Source: an uncultured Chloroflexia bacterium
GTDB taxonomy: Bacteria; Chloroflexota; Limnocylindria; QHBO01
Direction of reading: 5' to 3'
Assembly (NCBI GenBank): GCA_963838125.1
Contig: CAWIPT010000004.1
Coordinates: forward strand, 10,232 to 74,231
Length of the DNA: 64,000 bases
In this document: one piece after another, positions 1 to 10,441 of the stretch
How the letters are laid out: the number at the start of each line of letters is the position of its first letter
Position numbering within the stretch: the first letter of the stretch is position 1
Translations under genes and position numbers: made by a program
The notes under the pieces: model-generated
The model's database searches: none
What the model was told of the DNA's origin: nothing
The model's input: the letters and a program-made list of their open reading frames with translations, nothing else

Positions 1-266
1 CAGGCGATATTCGGCTCCACGACGACGGTCTCTCCCACCCGCGACTCCGAGACCCCCGGTCCGACGGCGACGACCGTGCCGAAGATCTCGTGGCCCATGA
101 CCCACGGGTACCGCGGGGCCTGCCAGTGGCCGCTGAAGACGCTCAGATCCGAACCGCATAGACCAACCCCACCGACGGCGATCTCGACGTCATCCGGTCC
201 AGCCGATGGATCCTCAATTTCGTCGACCACGATCTCGCCGGGACGAACCAGCATGGCGGCCTTCAT
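1..266 (-). CDS. Zn-dependent alcohol dehydrogenase (MDR family), N-terminal part, runs off the window
   Basis: Manual translation from ATG at 266 (ATGA overlap with the upstream stop): MKAAMLVRPGEIVV...GLCGSD...WVMGHEIFG...VVVEPNIAC, carrying the CGSD and GHE zinc motifs. Confidence 0.85.
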   Translation of the reverse strand, partial: MKAAMLVRPGEIVVDEIEDPSAGPDDVEIAVGGVGLCGSDLSVFSGHWQAPRYPWVMGHEIFGTVVAVGPGVSESRVGETVVVEPNIA

Positions 267-1234
267 GCCTGTCGCTCCAACAATCGCCGGGGATTTCGGG
301 TCAGCATCTGCTCGATCGCGTCGTCCGGAACGCCGGCGTCGCGCAGCGTAGGCAGGATCTGGCGATGGATCGTGTCCATCCGCCACCTGGGCGCGGACGC
401 CGCGCGCCACGACGGCGGGGTGACGTGACTGTAGAAGGCGGCGTCATGGGAAAGCACCATGCGGTCGACGTATCCTGCTTCGAGGAGGGTGAGCACGGTC
501 CGGATGCGTCGATCATCAGGCAGGACCTGCTCCATGCCGAAGCGGTCCATCCCGATCGTGGACCCGTGGTCCATGAGCGCCCTCAGGTAGTCGATATCCT
601 CGCTGTCGCCCGAATGGCCGATGATGATGCGGTCGGGCGGCACGCCGCGCCCGACGAGAAACGACTGCTGCTCGAGCCCGTTCCGCGTCGCGGGGAGGGA
701 GTGGGTGGTGATCGCGACGCCGGTCTCCTGCTGTGCAACCGCAGCCGCCGACATGACCCGGGCGACGTCCTGCGTGATCCCGTCGCGGTCGGTCATGACC
801 TTCAGCATGCCGGCGCGGACGTGCGTCCGACCGATGCCCTCGGTGATGTCCCGCACGAACAGCTCAGTGAGTCGCTCGGGCCCCTCGATCGCGCGCCCGG
901 GGCCGTGGAACTTGAAATAGGTCGGCAGGACATCCGGCGTGTACCAGCCAGTGGATGCAACCAGGTGGACGGGAACCCGGTTGGCCACCTCGGCCACGAG
1001 CGAGACGTCGCGGCCCAGGCCCGGCACGGTGAGGTCGACGACAGTCCCGACCCCCAGGCTGAACAGATCGTGGAGGCCCGCAACGGCGGCCTGCACAGCC
1101 TGCCGAGGAGCCCACTCCGGGTCGGGGAGGTTCACCTCGAGCTCGAGATTGCGCACGAAGAGGTGCTCGTGGATCAAAGTCGGCCCCAGATCGGCCGGGT
1201 CGACCGCGCCACGGAAGGTCTGGACGAGTCCCAC
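263..1234 (-). CDS. Phosphotriesterase-like lactonase/amidohydrolase (PTE family)
   Basis: TLIHEH, GMLK (carboxylated Lys position), TTHS, IIGH, GMDRFG and LSHD metal-binding motifs. Confidence 0.9.
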   Translation of the reverse strand: MGLVQTFRGAVDPADLGPTLIHEHLFVRNLELEVNLPDPEWAPRQAVQAAVAGLHDLFSLGVGTVVDLTVPGLGRDVSLVAEVANRVPVHLVASTGWYTPDVLPTYFKFHGPGRAIEGPERLTELFVRDITEGIGRTHVRAGMLKVMTDRDGITQDVARVMSAAAVAQQETGVAITTHSLPATRNGLEQQSFLVGRGVPPDRIIIGHSGDSEDIDYLRALMDHGSTIGMDRFGMEQVLPDDRRIRTVLTLLEAGYVDRMVLSHDAAFYSHVTPPSWRAASAPRWRMDTIHRQILPTLRDAGVPDDAIEQMLTRNPRRLLERQA

Positions 1235-1245
1235 GCGATGGAAAG

Positions 1246-2496
1246 CTAGCGAGTTGCTTCGGAGTGGGTCGGCTCCGCCGTGGCCTCGCCTCCGTGGTCG
1301 GTCCTTCGACGAATCGCCTCGCTTGAGGCTCCCAGCTCCTGGGCCAGATGCGGGACACGCCCTGGCGTCCGGGACAGCTTGGGCACCACGCCCGGAACGA
1401 GCAGCGGACGGTCGAGCCGGTCGTCTTCCACCGGGATGAGCATGTCGCGAGCCAGGAACTGCGGGTCCGCGACGATGTCCGCGATGGTGTTGATCCGGCT
1501 CACCGGGACCTGGTGGGCTCGCAGCGTCTCAACCACGTCCTCGGATGCCCGCGACTCGGTCCAGGCCGCAATGGCCGCGTCGAGCTCGACGGCGCGCTCC
1601 ACGCGCCCCTCGTTGGTGGCGAGGACCGGATCGGCAGCGTCGTCCTCTCGACCCATGATCGTGAAGAGGGCTCGGAACAGCCGGGCCGTGTTGGCTGCGA
1701 TGCAGACCGATTCCCCATCGGCGCAGGTGTACACGTTGGTCGGCGCGGAGTTGTGGGCGATGTTACCGGTTCGTTTGCGAACGACCCCGAAGTAGCCGTA
1801 CTCCGGCAGGATCCCCTCGAGCATCGAGAAGAGGGCCTCGGTGAGGGCGACGTCCACGATCTGTCCTCGGCCAGAGGTCTCTCGCTCGTGGAGGGCGATT
1901 AGGCAACCGACCACCGCCTGCAGCGAGGCGATCGAATCGCCCAGGCTAAGCCCCACCCTGGCCGGTGGTCGGTCCGGCTCGCCCGTGATGAAGCGCAGGC
2001 CACCGGCTGCCTCGGCAATCGCCCCGAACGCCGGCTGGTCGCGCAGTGGACCGGTCTGCCCGTACCCCGAGATCCGCATCACGATGAGGCGGGGATTGGC
2101 CCGCATGAGGTCCTCTGGGTCCAGGTTCCACTGCTCGAGCCGCCCCGGCCGGAAGTTCTCGATGAGGATGTCGCTGTCCGACGCCAGTCGCCGGACGAAG
2201 GCCTGGTCCTCCGGGTCGTGGAGGTTTGCCGTCACGGAGAGCTTGCCCCGCGACTGGACCAGGTGCCACAGCGAGTCCGACCCGTCCCAGGTCATCCCCC
2301 ACTTGCGGAGTGGGTCTCCTCGGTCGGGATGCTCGATCTTGATGACCTCCGCACCAAAGTCGGCGAACACGCGGCCGGCGAGGGGTCCCGCAATCAGTGT
2401 CCCGAGCTCCAGGACCCGCAGGTCCGCCAGCGGGCCACGCCCCTCGGCCGGCCCGCCCGCGCCGCCGGCGCCGGGGCGTTCCGGATTTCTGGACAT
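1246..2496 (-). CDS. Family III CoA-transferase (CaiB/BaiF)
   Basis: GPLADLRVLELG..IAGP, FGAEVIKIE, ENFRPG, ISGYGQTGP, catalytic Asp in SLGD; start placed at ATG 2496 just downstream of a -10 box. Confidence 0.9.
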   Translation of the reverse strand: MSRNPERPGAGGAGGPAEGRGPLADLRVLELGTLIAGPLAGRVFADFGAEVIKIEHPDRGDPLRKWGMTWDGSDSLWHLVQSRGKLSVTANLHDPEDQAFVRRLASDSDILIENFRPGRLEQWNLDPEDLMRANPRLIVMRISGYGQTGPLRDQPAFGAIAEAAGGLRFITGEPDRPPARVGLSLGDSIASLQAVVGCLIALHERETSGRGQIVDVALTEALFSMLEGILPEYGYFGVVRKRTGNIAHNSAPTNVYTCADGESVCIAANTARLFRALFTIMGREDDAADPVLATNEGRVERAVELDAAIAAWTESRASEDVVETLRAHQVPVSRINTIADIVADPQFLARDMLIPVEDDRLDRPLLVPGVVPKLSRTPGRVPHLAQELGASSEAIRRRTDHGGEATAEPTHSEATR

Positions 2497-2502
2497 GGTT
2501 CC

Positions 2503-2531
2503 AGCATATGGACCGCGTGGAGGGCGGTCAA
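2503..2531 (-). promoter_or_regulatory. Sigma70-type promoter for a leaderless CaiB-PTE-ADH operon
   Basis: Minus strand reads TTGACC-N17-TATGCT-N6-ATG. Confidence 0.6.
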
Positions 2532-2661
2532 GGATTGCCGGGTTCGGCCATCCACCTGAACTGAACGAGATCAAGAAGCTGGTCTGGTCGAGACCATGGA
2601 GATCATCCCCGGCGGAGATAGCCGACGGCGGGCGGCCCGCCGCCGACACGCTGAGAGTGAT

Positions 2662-2689
2662 GGAGGCCCCTCGTCCGCGAGGGGCCTCC
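2662..2689 (-). terminator. GC-rich hairpin directly after the antiporter stop
   Basis: Perfect 12-bp stem GGAGGCCCCTCG-TCCG-CGAGGGGCCTCC; no clear U-tract. Confidence 0.55.
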
Positions 2690-2691
2690 GG

Positions 2692-3902
2692 CTACCCGGC
2701 CGGTTCCGCGTCCGCGGCGGCCACCTCTGCCAGCGCGATCCCCGGTTCCGCGCGACGGACGAGGGGCGGCAGGAAGCGGCGGGACCAGCATGCTGGTGAT
2801 CACCACCATGCCGACCACCACCAGGTAGAGGTCCGGGCCGAAGGCGCCGGCCGCCAGCGCCAGGCCGGCCACGATGATCTCCACCTCACCGCGCGGGACC
2901 ATGGCCCAGCCAATGAGCAGCGCCCGGTCCCGTCCAACGCGGAGCGCGCCGAGGAACGAGCCGGCGAACTTCGTGACGATGGCCAGGGCGGTAATGCCCA
3001 GCAGCAGGGCGACCGTGCTCGGAGTCCCGAACACGGTGGGGTCGATCTGCGCCCCGATGAAGCCAAAGAAGAACGGGGTGAACAGCGCGGCGATGGGTGC
3101 GGTCTCCTTCTCCAGCGCGTCGCGCTCGGATGACTCGCCCACCACCATCCCTGCCAGAAAGGCGCCGATGATTGCGGCCAGGCCGATGGCCGCGCTCAGC
3201 GCGGCGAGGCCGAGCATGAGGATCATCCCCGGGAGCAGCGGCGTCTCCGCGAACCGCGGCTCGGTCAGCAACGAGGGGCGGCGGGACAGGATTCCGGTGC
3301 CGGCGACGAGGACGATGACGATGAAGGCAGCGGCCAGGCCAAGGGTCAGCAGGATGTCGCCCGACGTCCACCCCGCCGGTGGCCATCCCCACCGCCACGG
3401 CGACGATCAGCATGGCCAGGACGTCGTCGATGACCGCCGCGCCAAGGACGATCCGGCCCGAGCCGGTCCTCAGCGCCCCGAGCTGGTCGAGTGCGCGGGA
3501 GGTGATCCCAACCGAGGTCGCCGTGAGGGCAGCCGCGAGGAACACCCGGCCCTCGAGCGAGAAGCCCATTGCCGTGGCCACGGCGAAGCCTGCGAGGAAC
3601 GGGAGGATGACGCCGAGCACCGCGACCATGGCCGCCGTGCCGCCGACCCGGACCAGGTCGCCAACACGGGTATGGACGCCGACCTCGAACAGGAGGAGGA
3701 CGGCCCCAATCTGGGCGAACAGCTCTGTCTCGGGCGTGACCTGGTAGAGGCCCAGGATCGCCGGACCGACGATGACGCCGGCCAGGATCTCGCCCACCAG
3801 GGTCGGCTGGCCGAGCCGCTTGAACAGCTCGTCGCCGATCTTGGTGGCGGCCAGCAGCACGAACAGCTGGAACAGCACCTGCGCCAGGTGATCCACGGGC
3901 AC
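2692..3902 (-). CDS. Cation:proton antiporter (CPA2/NapA-like), split by frameshifts
   Basis: ORF 2886-3902 gives LGQPTLVGEILAG, TATSVGIT, AAVIDDV; ORF 2603-3271 gives IIGAFLAG, PFFF, MVPRGEV; C-terminal tail ends at TAG 2692 in a third frame. Confidence 0.8.
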
Positions 3903-3992
3903 GACCTCGTCCAGAAACCAGGAAACTGCGCAGCGGCTGCGCAGTCTCCACCTCGGCCGGCGATACGGGCCCGGCCGGGCCCGGAACCGAGT

Positions 3993-4670
3993 CTAGACCG
4001 ATGTCACCGGGCTGGGCAAGGGACCGAACGCCGCGTCGAGCCCATCGGAGAGCTCCGCCAAAGAGTCGATGACCAGGGCCGGCGTGAACCCATCGGGGAG
4101 CTGCTGGATCCTGCCCCATGGGCCACGGCGAATCCAGATCGACCGGAGCCCGGCAGCCGCGGCGGGCAGGACGTCGTTGTCCATCCGATCGCCGACGTGC
4201 GCCACCGACGCGGAGGACGGGCCGCCGAGCAGCTCCAGGACTCGGGCGAAGTACGCGGGATCGGGCTTGGCAAGCTCCATTTCATCGGACATCGCAATCG
4301 TCTCGACCGGCAGCTCCAGGGCCTGCAGGTCGGCCGTCCGTCGAGCAGGCTGGTTGCCGAAGATGGCCAGCCGATACCCTGCGGCCGCCAGTGTCGTCAT
4401 GGTCGGCCGCACGTCGGGGTAGAGGTCACCGTCCACGATCGCGCCGTACGAGGCTTCGAGCTCGTCGCGGTGATCAACCCAGTGCGGCAGGTCCAGCTCC
4501 TCGAAGACGCTCTGGTGCGCCCCGCCGCGGGCGATGGTGGCGCCCAGGACGGCCATGAAGGTCAGGCGCGGAACTCCGACCGCATCGGCCCAGGTCGACC
4601 ACACCCGGGTCTCATCGACCAGGGTCTCGCCCACGTCGAAGACCACCCATCGGCCGTTCCAACGCTCCAT
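3993..4670 (-). CDS. HAD-superfamily hydrolase
   Basis: FDVGETLVD motif I, KPDP, HVGDRMDND motif IV. Confidence 0.9.
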   Translation of the reverse strand: MERWNGRWVVFDVGETLVDETRVWSTWADAVGVPRLTFMAVLGATIARGGAHQSVFEELDLPHWVDHRDELEASYGAIVDGDLYPDVRPTMTTLAAAGYRLAIFGNQPARRTADLQALELPVETIAMSDEMELAKPDPAYFARVLELLGGPSSASVAHVGDRMDNDVLPAAAAGLRSIWIRRGPWGRIQQLPDGFTPALVIDSLAELSDGLDAAFGPLPSPVTSV

Positions 4671-4740
4671 GGCGCGACTCTACCGGGTCCCCGCCGCGGT
4701 TGACACGAGGCCATTCCTGACCGGGTAGCATCGGGCGTCC

Positions 4741-5700
4741 ATGAGCCTCGTCGTGGACAGCATCACCAAGCGGTTCGGCGAGATCGTCGCCCTGGACGGG
4801 GTGAGCTTCACCGCCGAGCCGGGACGCATCTTCGGCCTGCTGGGGGCGAACGGCGCGGGCAAGACGACCATGATGCGGATCGTGCTCGACATCCTGCGCG
4901 CGGACAGCGGGTCGGTGACGTGGAGCGGCCGCCCGAACACGGAGGTCCCGCGGCGGACGTGGGGCTACCTGCCCGAGGAGCGCGGGCTCTACCTCCAGAT
5001 GACGGTGATGGAGGTCCTGCGCTTCTTCGCGCGGCTGTACGGGGTGCCCGGCAGCGAGGCGACGACCGAGGTCGAGGACTGGCTCGAGCGGTTCCGGATT
5101 CCCGACTACCGAGACCGCAAGGTCCAGGAGCTGTCGAAGGGCAACCAGCAGAAGATCCAGTTCATCGCCGCCATCCTCCACGACCCCGACGTCCTGATCA
5201 TGGACGAGCCGTTCAGCGGCCTCGACCCGGTCAACGTCCAGCTCCTGAAGGAGGCGTTCCTCGAGATGCGCAGCCGCGGCAAGGCCCTGATCTTCTCCAC
5301 CCACCAGATGGAGACGGTGGAGGAGCTGTGCGAGTCGATCGTGATCGTGGATCAGGGCCGGATCGTGGTGGGCGGACACGTTCGCGACGTGAAGCGGGCC
5401 ATGGGCCGGCAGGTCGTCCGGCTGGCCACCGACGGTGCCAATGGGACCGATGAGCTGGCGTGGGTCGAGTCCATGCCCGGCGTGTCGCTCACCCGCCGCG
5501 GCGAGGACTACCTCGAGCTCCACGTCCGATCAGACACCGATCCCACCAGCCTCCTGACCGCCGCCCTCGAGCGGGGGGAGCGGGTCACACGGTTCGAGAT
5601 CTCCGACCCTTCGCTGGAGGAGGTGTTCATCGAGCACGTCGGCCGCCCTGCCGAGCTGGCCGAGGAGCGCCACCTGGCGCCGGCGCAGGCGAAATCCTGA
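4741..5700 (+). CDS. ABC transporter ATP-binding protein (NatA/YhaQ-like)
   Basis: GANGAGKTT, LPEERGLY, LSKGNQQK, IMDEP, STH. Confidence 0.92.
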   Translation: MSLVVDSITKRFGEIVALDGVSFTAEPGRIFGLLGANGAGKTTMMRIVLDILRADSGSVTWSGRPNTEVPRRTWGYLPEERGLYLQMTVMEVLRFFARLYGVPGSEATTEVEDWLERFRIPDYRDRKVQELSKGNQQKIQFIAAILHDPDVLIMDEPFSGLDPVNVQLLKEAFLEMRSRGKALIFSTHQMETVEELCESIVIVDQGRIVVGGHVRDVKRAMGRQVVRLATDGANGTDELAWVESMPGVSLTRRGEDYLELHVRSDTDPTSLLTAALERGERVTRFEISDPSLEEVFIEHVGRPAELAEERHLAPAQAKS

Positions 5701-6980
5701 TGGGCGGCCTGTTCCCCAACGCGTGGACGGTCGCTGTTCGCGAGTATCGGAACCGTGCTCGAAGCAGAATTTTCCTGGCCGTCACCCTCATTCTGGCCAT
5801 CATCGGCCTGGGTCTGGCGCTCATGCCCATCGGCATCGAGGCGCTGGGCTTCGACCAGCCGGCAACCGTCTCGGTCGTTGCCGATGACCTGGGCGCAGAC
5901 CGCGGGGCGGTCGCCCTGGTGGCCAGCCTGAATGGAATGGAGGAGTCGGGGATCGAGGCCGAGTTGGTGGAATTCGAGGCGGATGCGCGGTCCGCGGTCG
6001 AGTCCGGCGAGCTGGACGGGCTGGTGACCGTGGACCGCGGCGCCGACGAGGACCTGACATTCGACCTGTTCACCGCGGAGGGACCGACCAGCACCCTGGT
6101 CTTCACCGTGAACACGGCCGCCAGCCAGGTGACGGTGGCGGACCGCCTGTTCCGGGCGGGCGTGGATCCGAGCCAGGCGGAGGAGATCTTCGCGCCGACG
6201 GCCTTCGAGCTGACGCCCGTTGACCCCGACGCGATTGATCCGGAGGAAAACTTCGGGCCGCGCTACCTGCTGGGCACTGCGCTCGTCGTGCTGATGTTCA
6301 TGGCGATCATCACCTACGGCCAATGGGTGGCCGCCAGCGTGGCAGAGGAGAAGGCCAGCCGGGTCATGGAGCTGCTCATCACCGCGGCCACGCCCCGCCA
6401 GCTGCTGCTCGGCAAGGTCCTGGGCGCCGGGGGCGCCGGGCTGACCCAGTACGTCGTGGTGGTGGGGGCCGCGCTGCTCGGGCTGGTCATCGCCGGCCCG
6501 CTGGGCGAACTCATCCTCGGCGAGTCGGCCGGGACGCCGGTTGATCTGCAGGCCCTGAATCCTGGGGTCCTGCTGGTCGTGGGGCTGTTCTTCGTCGGCG
6601 GCTTCGCGCTCTACGCCACGCTGTATGCCGCGCTGGGATCGACCGCCAGTCGTCTGGAGGAAGTCCAGAACATCACCGGTCCGATGATCCTCGTCGGCGT
6701 GGCCGGATACCTGATTGCCTTTGCCGCGTTGAACGTCCCGGATGCGGACTGGGTGCGCGCGCTGTCCTTCGTGCCGTTCTTCAGCCCGTACCTGATCCCC
6801 ACCCGCCTCGTGCTGGGCTCCATCGAGCCGTGGGAGATCGGGCTCTCGTTCCTGCTGCTCCTCGCCGGCGCCGCGGTCGCGCTATGGCTGGCGGCCCGCA
6901 TCTACTCAGCCGGCGTCCTGCTCTACGGCCAAAGAGCCGGCCTGCGGGCGGTGTGGCGCGCGGTCCGCGTCAACCGCTAG
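5700..6980 (+). CDS. ABC-2 permease (NatB/YhaP-like)
   Basis: Start ATG 5700 overlaps the upstream stop; VAEEKASRVMELLI and LLGKVLG motifs, multiple TM helices. Confidence 0.88.
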   Translation: MGGLFPNAWTVAVREYRNRARSRIFLAVTLILAIIGLGLALMPIGIEALGFDQPATVSVVADDLGADRGAVALVASLNGMEESGIEAELVEFEADARSAVESGELDGLVTVDRGADEDLTFDLFTAEGPTSTLVFTVNTAASQVTVADRLFRAGVDPSQAEEIFAPTAFELTPVDPDAIDPEENFGPRYLLGTALVVLMFMAIITYGQWVAASVAEEKASRVMELLITAATPRQLLLGKVLGAGGAGLTQYVVVVGAALLGLVIAGPLGELILGESAGTPVDLQALNPGVLLVVGLFFVGGFALYATLYAALGSTASRLEEVQNITGPMILVGVAGYLIAFAALNVPDADWVRALSFVPFFSPYLIPTRLVLGSIEPWEIGLSFLLLLAGAAVALWLAARIYSAGVLLYGQRAGLRAVWRAVRVNR

Positions 6981-7456
6981 CCGGCGAGCAGCTCCCGGAC
7001 CCGTTCCGCGACGGCCTGCAGCTCCTCCTCGGGAACTGGCGGGAATTCCAGGCTGGTGATGCGGCTGGCTCCGCTGGGCAGGCGCTCTTCGACGACCTCG
7101 CCACGGATGAGCTGCGTGTTCAGCGCGTCGCCGGTCCGGTGTGGAGTGAGGTGGATGTGGAGATGTGGAATGCCGCCACCGAAGACGTAGAGGTACACCA
7201 GCTCCGCACCGGTGGCCTCTTTCAGCGTCGCCGTCGTCCTGGCAAGGACCGCTCCGAGGCTTGCCGCTTCCGGGCCGTCGAGGTCGGTGATGTACGGGAT
7301 GTGACGCAGCGGCTCGAGGTATGCGAAGCCGAGGACCTCGGACTCGACGCTCATCGTCAGTCGCCAGAGGTCGTCACGCCAGACCTCGACCCGGCCCAGC
7401 TCGGGGTCCCCGCCAGGCCCACGACACAGCGCACAGTCCGGCGCGGGCGTTTTCAT
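6977..7456 (-). CDS. HIT family nucleotide hydrolase
   Basis: N-terminal CxxC and PHLHIHL histidine triad. Confidence 0.85.
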   Translation of the reverse strand: MKTPAPDCALCRGPGGDPELGRVEVWRDDLWRLTMSVESEVLGFAYLEPLRHIPYITDLDGPEAASLGAVLARTTATLKEATGAELVYLYVFGGGIPHLHIHLTPHRTGDALNTQLIRGEVVEERLPSGASRITSLEFPPVPEEELQAVAERVRELLAG

Positions 7457-7460
7457 CGGT

Positions 7461-8885
7461 CTAGGCGGCCTTCACCCCGGAGACGAGCTCCTGGACGGTG
7501 CTCTTGGCGTCGCCGAACAGCATGGCGGTCTTGGGATCGCCGTACAGCGGGTTGTCGATGCCGGCGAAGCCGGCGGCCATTGAGCGCTTCAGGACGATCA
7601 CGTTCTGGGCATGGTCCACGTTGAGAATGGGCATGCCGTAGATGGGCGAGGTGGTATCGGTCCGGGCGGCCGGGTTGGTCACGTCGTTGGCCCCGATGAC
7701 GAGGGCGACATCGGCCTTCGCAAAGTCGTCGTTGATCTCGTCCATCTCCTTGAGCCGCTCGTACGGGACGTTGGCCTCGGCCAGCAGGACGTTCATGTGC
7801 CCCGGCATCCGGCCGGCCACCGGGTGGATGGCGAACTGGACGTCCACGCCCCGGGCAAGGAGAAGGTCCATGAGCTCGCGGACCGGTGTCTGGGCCTGGG
7901 CCACCGCCATCCCGTAGCCCGGAACGATGATCACGCTCTTGCCGTAGGCCATGAGCACTGCCGCGTCTTCCGCGTTGATGGTGCGGACGTTCTGCTCACC
8001 CGCCGCTCCCGCGACCACGGCTCCGCCGCCGGTCCCAAATGCCCCGAACAGGACGTTGAGCAGCGACCGGTTCATGGCCCGGCACATGAGCTGGGTGAGG
8101 ATCGCGCCCGACGCCCCGACCAGGGTGCCGGCGATGAGCAGCGCGTAGTTGCCCAGCACGAAGCCGGTGGCTGCCACCGCGATGCCGGTGTAGGAGTTCA
8201 GCAGGCTGATGACAACCGGCATGTCGGCCCCACCGATGGGCATCACGATCAGGACGCCGGCCACCAGGGCCAGGGCCACGAACACGAGGAACAGGGTCAC
8301 GTCGTTGGTGACGAAGGCAAGGGCGACCGCGATGGCGAGGAGCGCTACCAACAGCGCCCCGGCCACGAACCGGGAGCCGGGATAGGTCACCGGCCGGGCG
8401 GCGACGAAGCCTTGCAGCTTGCCGAAGGCGATGACCGATCCGGTGAGCGAGACCGAGCCGATGACCGCGCCGAGGAGGGTGGCGATCATGGGGATGGTCG
8501 GCAGCAGCGCGGCGCCTGGGCCGGCCTCGCCGGTCGCCGTCAGGAACTCTGAGACGGCCACCACGGCCGCCGCCCCACCACCGGCGCCGTTGAAGATGGC
8601 CACCATCTGGGGCATGGCGGTCATCGGCACCCGCCGCGCCCCGATCACCCCGATCACGGCACCGATGAGCCCGCCGACCACCAGCACCCACCAGTTGTCG
8701 AGCAGGCCGGGCTCGGTGGCCACCGTCCAGGCCACGACCAGGGCCATGCCCCCGGCGCCCAGCAGGTTCCCGGTCCGCGCCGTTTTCGGCGATGCGAGGA
8801 ACTTCAGGGCCAGGATGAAGCTGACCGATGCGACCAGGTAGACCCCATAGGTCGCCAGGTCGAGGAGGGTCATGTCCTCGGTCAC
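7461..8885 (-). CDS. pntB: NAD(P) transhydrogenase subunit beta
   Basis: MTAMPQMVA, PIGGADMPVVISLLNSY, IVPGYGMAVAQAQ, HPVAGRMPGHMNVLLAEA. Confidence 0.97.
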   Translation of the reverse strand: MTEDMTLLDLATYGVYLVASVSFILALKFLASPKTARTGNLLGAGGMALVVAWTVATEPGLLDNWWVLVVGGLIGAVIGVIGARRVPMTAMPQMVAIFNGAGGGAAAVVAVSEFLTATGEAGPGAALLPTIPMIATLLGAVIGSVSLTGSVIAFGKLQGFVAARPVTYPGSRFVAGALLVALLAIAVALAFVTNDVTLFLVFVALALVAGVLIVMPIGGADMPVVISLLNSYTGIAVAATGFVLGNYALLIAGTLVGASGAILTQLMCRAMNRSLLNVLFGAFGTGGGAVVAGAAGEQNVRTINAEDAAVLMAYGKSVIIVPGYGMAVAQAQTPVRELMDLLLARGVDVQFAIHPVAGRMPGHMNVLLAEANVPYERLKEMDEINDDFAKADVALVIGANDVTNPAARTDTTSPIYGMPILNVDHAQNVIVLKRSMAAGFAGIDNPLYGDPKTAMLFGDAKSTVQELVSGVKAA

Positions 8886-9205
8886 GGCTTCTTGTCACCG
8901 TCGCTGTCTCGCCGGCCGCGGAACATCTCGAGCATGCGGTCGGTGACCACGAAGCCGCCCACCACGTTGATCGTGCCCAGGATGATCCCGACCAGCCCGA
9001 GACCCAGCTGGAGCGGCGACTCGGCGGTGGCGGTGACGATGATCGCGCCGACCACGATCACGCCGTGGACAGCATTGGCCCCGGACATCAGCGGGGTATG
9101 GAGCATGGTCGGCACCTTGCTCACGATCTCGTAGCCGACGAACGCGGCGAGGACGAGGACGAACAGCGCGTCGACCAGCGCCCGGGGGTCGAGGGCCTCG
9201 GTCAT
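8882..9205 (-). CDS. pntA2: NAD(P) transhydrogenase subunit alpha, part 2 (membrane)
   Basis: LHTPLMSGANA and NVVGGFVVTDRMLEMF. Confidence 0.95.
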   Translation of the reverse strand: MTEALDPRALVDALFVLVLAAFVGYEIVSKVPTMLHTPLMSGANAVHGVIVVGAIIVTATAESPLQLGLGLVGIILGTINVVGGFVVTDRMLEMFRGRRDSDGDKKP

Positions 9206-10365
9206 GCCTTGCCCTCCCCCGCCTGGGCGGCCAGGACGGCGGCGGTCGCCTCGTGGACCACCTTGCCGCCGTGGGTGATGGTCGCGCCCTTGGTGATCTC
9301 GTCGTCGAGGTCCAGGGTCAACGTTCCCTCATGGACGAGGTGGTCCACCAGGGTCTGGACGTTCTTGGCGTACATCTGGGTGGCATGGGTGGGAACCGTG
9401 GCCGGCAGGTTCGTGACCCCGATGATGGTCACCCCGTCGACCACCACCTCTCGACCCGGCTCGGTGAGCTCGGTGTTGCCTCCCGCCTCGGCCGCCATGT
9501 CCACGATCACGCTGCCGGGCTGCATGGTCCGCACCATCTCAGCGGTGATGAGCTTGGGCGCCGGGCGGCCGGGAATGAGGGCGGTGGTGATCACGAAGTC
9601 CGCGGCCTGGACCCGTTCGGCGATGAGCTCGCGCTGGCGGCGCTGGTAGTCCTCGCTCATCTCCCGGGCGTACCCGCCCGAGGTCTGGGCCGAGGCCTTC
9701 TCCTCATCGGTCATCGGCACCTCGACGAACGTCGCGCCCAGGCTCTCGACCTGCTCCTTGACCACCGGTCTGACATCGAATGCCTCGACGACCGCCCCGA
9801 GCCGCCGCGCGGTGCCAATCGCCATCAACCCCGCCACCCCCGCGCCCATGATCAGGCCGTGAGCCGGGCGCACCGTGCCCGCGGCGGTGGTAAGCAACGG
9901 GAAGAACTTGGGCAGTCGGGTCGCGGCCAGGAGGACCGCCTTGTAGCCGCCGACCGTGCTCTGGCTCGACAGCGAGTCCATGGACTGGGCACGGGTGATG
10001 CGCGGGATGGCGTCCATGCTGATGGCCGTGATCCCCCGCTCCGCCAGCTGCTGGGCGAGCTTCGGGTTGGACAGGGTGCCCAGCGTCCCGATCAGGACGG
10101 CCTCGGGGCGGAGCATCTCGATCTCCTCGGCGCTCGGCCGCCCGACGCGCAGGACGAGGTCTGCCTCCCCGTAGAGCGCCGCCACGTCGGGGACGATCCG
10201 GGCGCCGGCTTCGGTGTACGCCGCATCGAGGAAGTGGGCCGCCTCGCCGGCACCGGACTGGACCAGCACCTCGTTGCCGGCCGCGACGAGCTGGCCGGCA
10301 ATCTGCGGAGTCAGGGCGGCGCGAGCCTCACCTTCGGCGGTCTCGCGCGGAACGGCGATCTTCAC
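9202..10365 (-). CDS. pntA1: NAD(P) transhydrogenase subunit alpha, part 1 (NAD-binding)
   Basis: Start GTG KIAVPRE; PRITRAQSMD, GAGVAGL, GGYA, ITTALIPGRPAP. Confidence 0.95.
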   Translation of the reverse strand: MKIAVPRETAEGEARAALTPQIAGQLVAAGNEVLVQSGAGEAAHFLDAAYTEAGARIVPDVAALYGEADLVLRVGRPSAEEIEMLRPEAVLIGTLGTLSNPKLAQQLAERGITAISMDAIPRITRAQSMDSLSSQSTVGGYKAVLLAATRLPKFFPLLTTAAGTVRPAHGLIMGAGVAGLMAIGTARRLGAVVEAFDVRPVVKEQVESLGATFVEVPMTDEEKASAQTSGGYAREMSEDYQRRQRELIAERVQAADFVITTALIPGRPAPKLITAEMVRTMQPGSVIVDMAAEAGGNTELTEPGREVVVDGVTIIGVTNLPATVPTHATQMYAKNVQTLVDHLVHEGTLTLDLDDEITKGATITHGGKVVHEATAAVLAAQAGEGKA

Positions 10366-10441
10366 GGCGGAGCAGGACCCAGAGGGCAATTGGAGGCAGA
10401 AGGACGACCGCGCCCGGCACGGGCCACGGCCGGGCGAGAGT

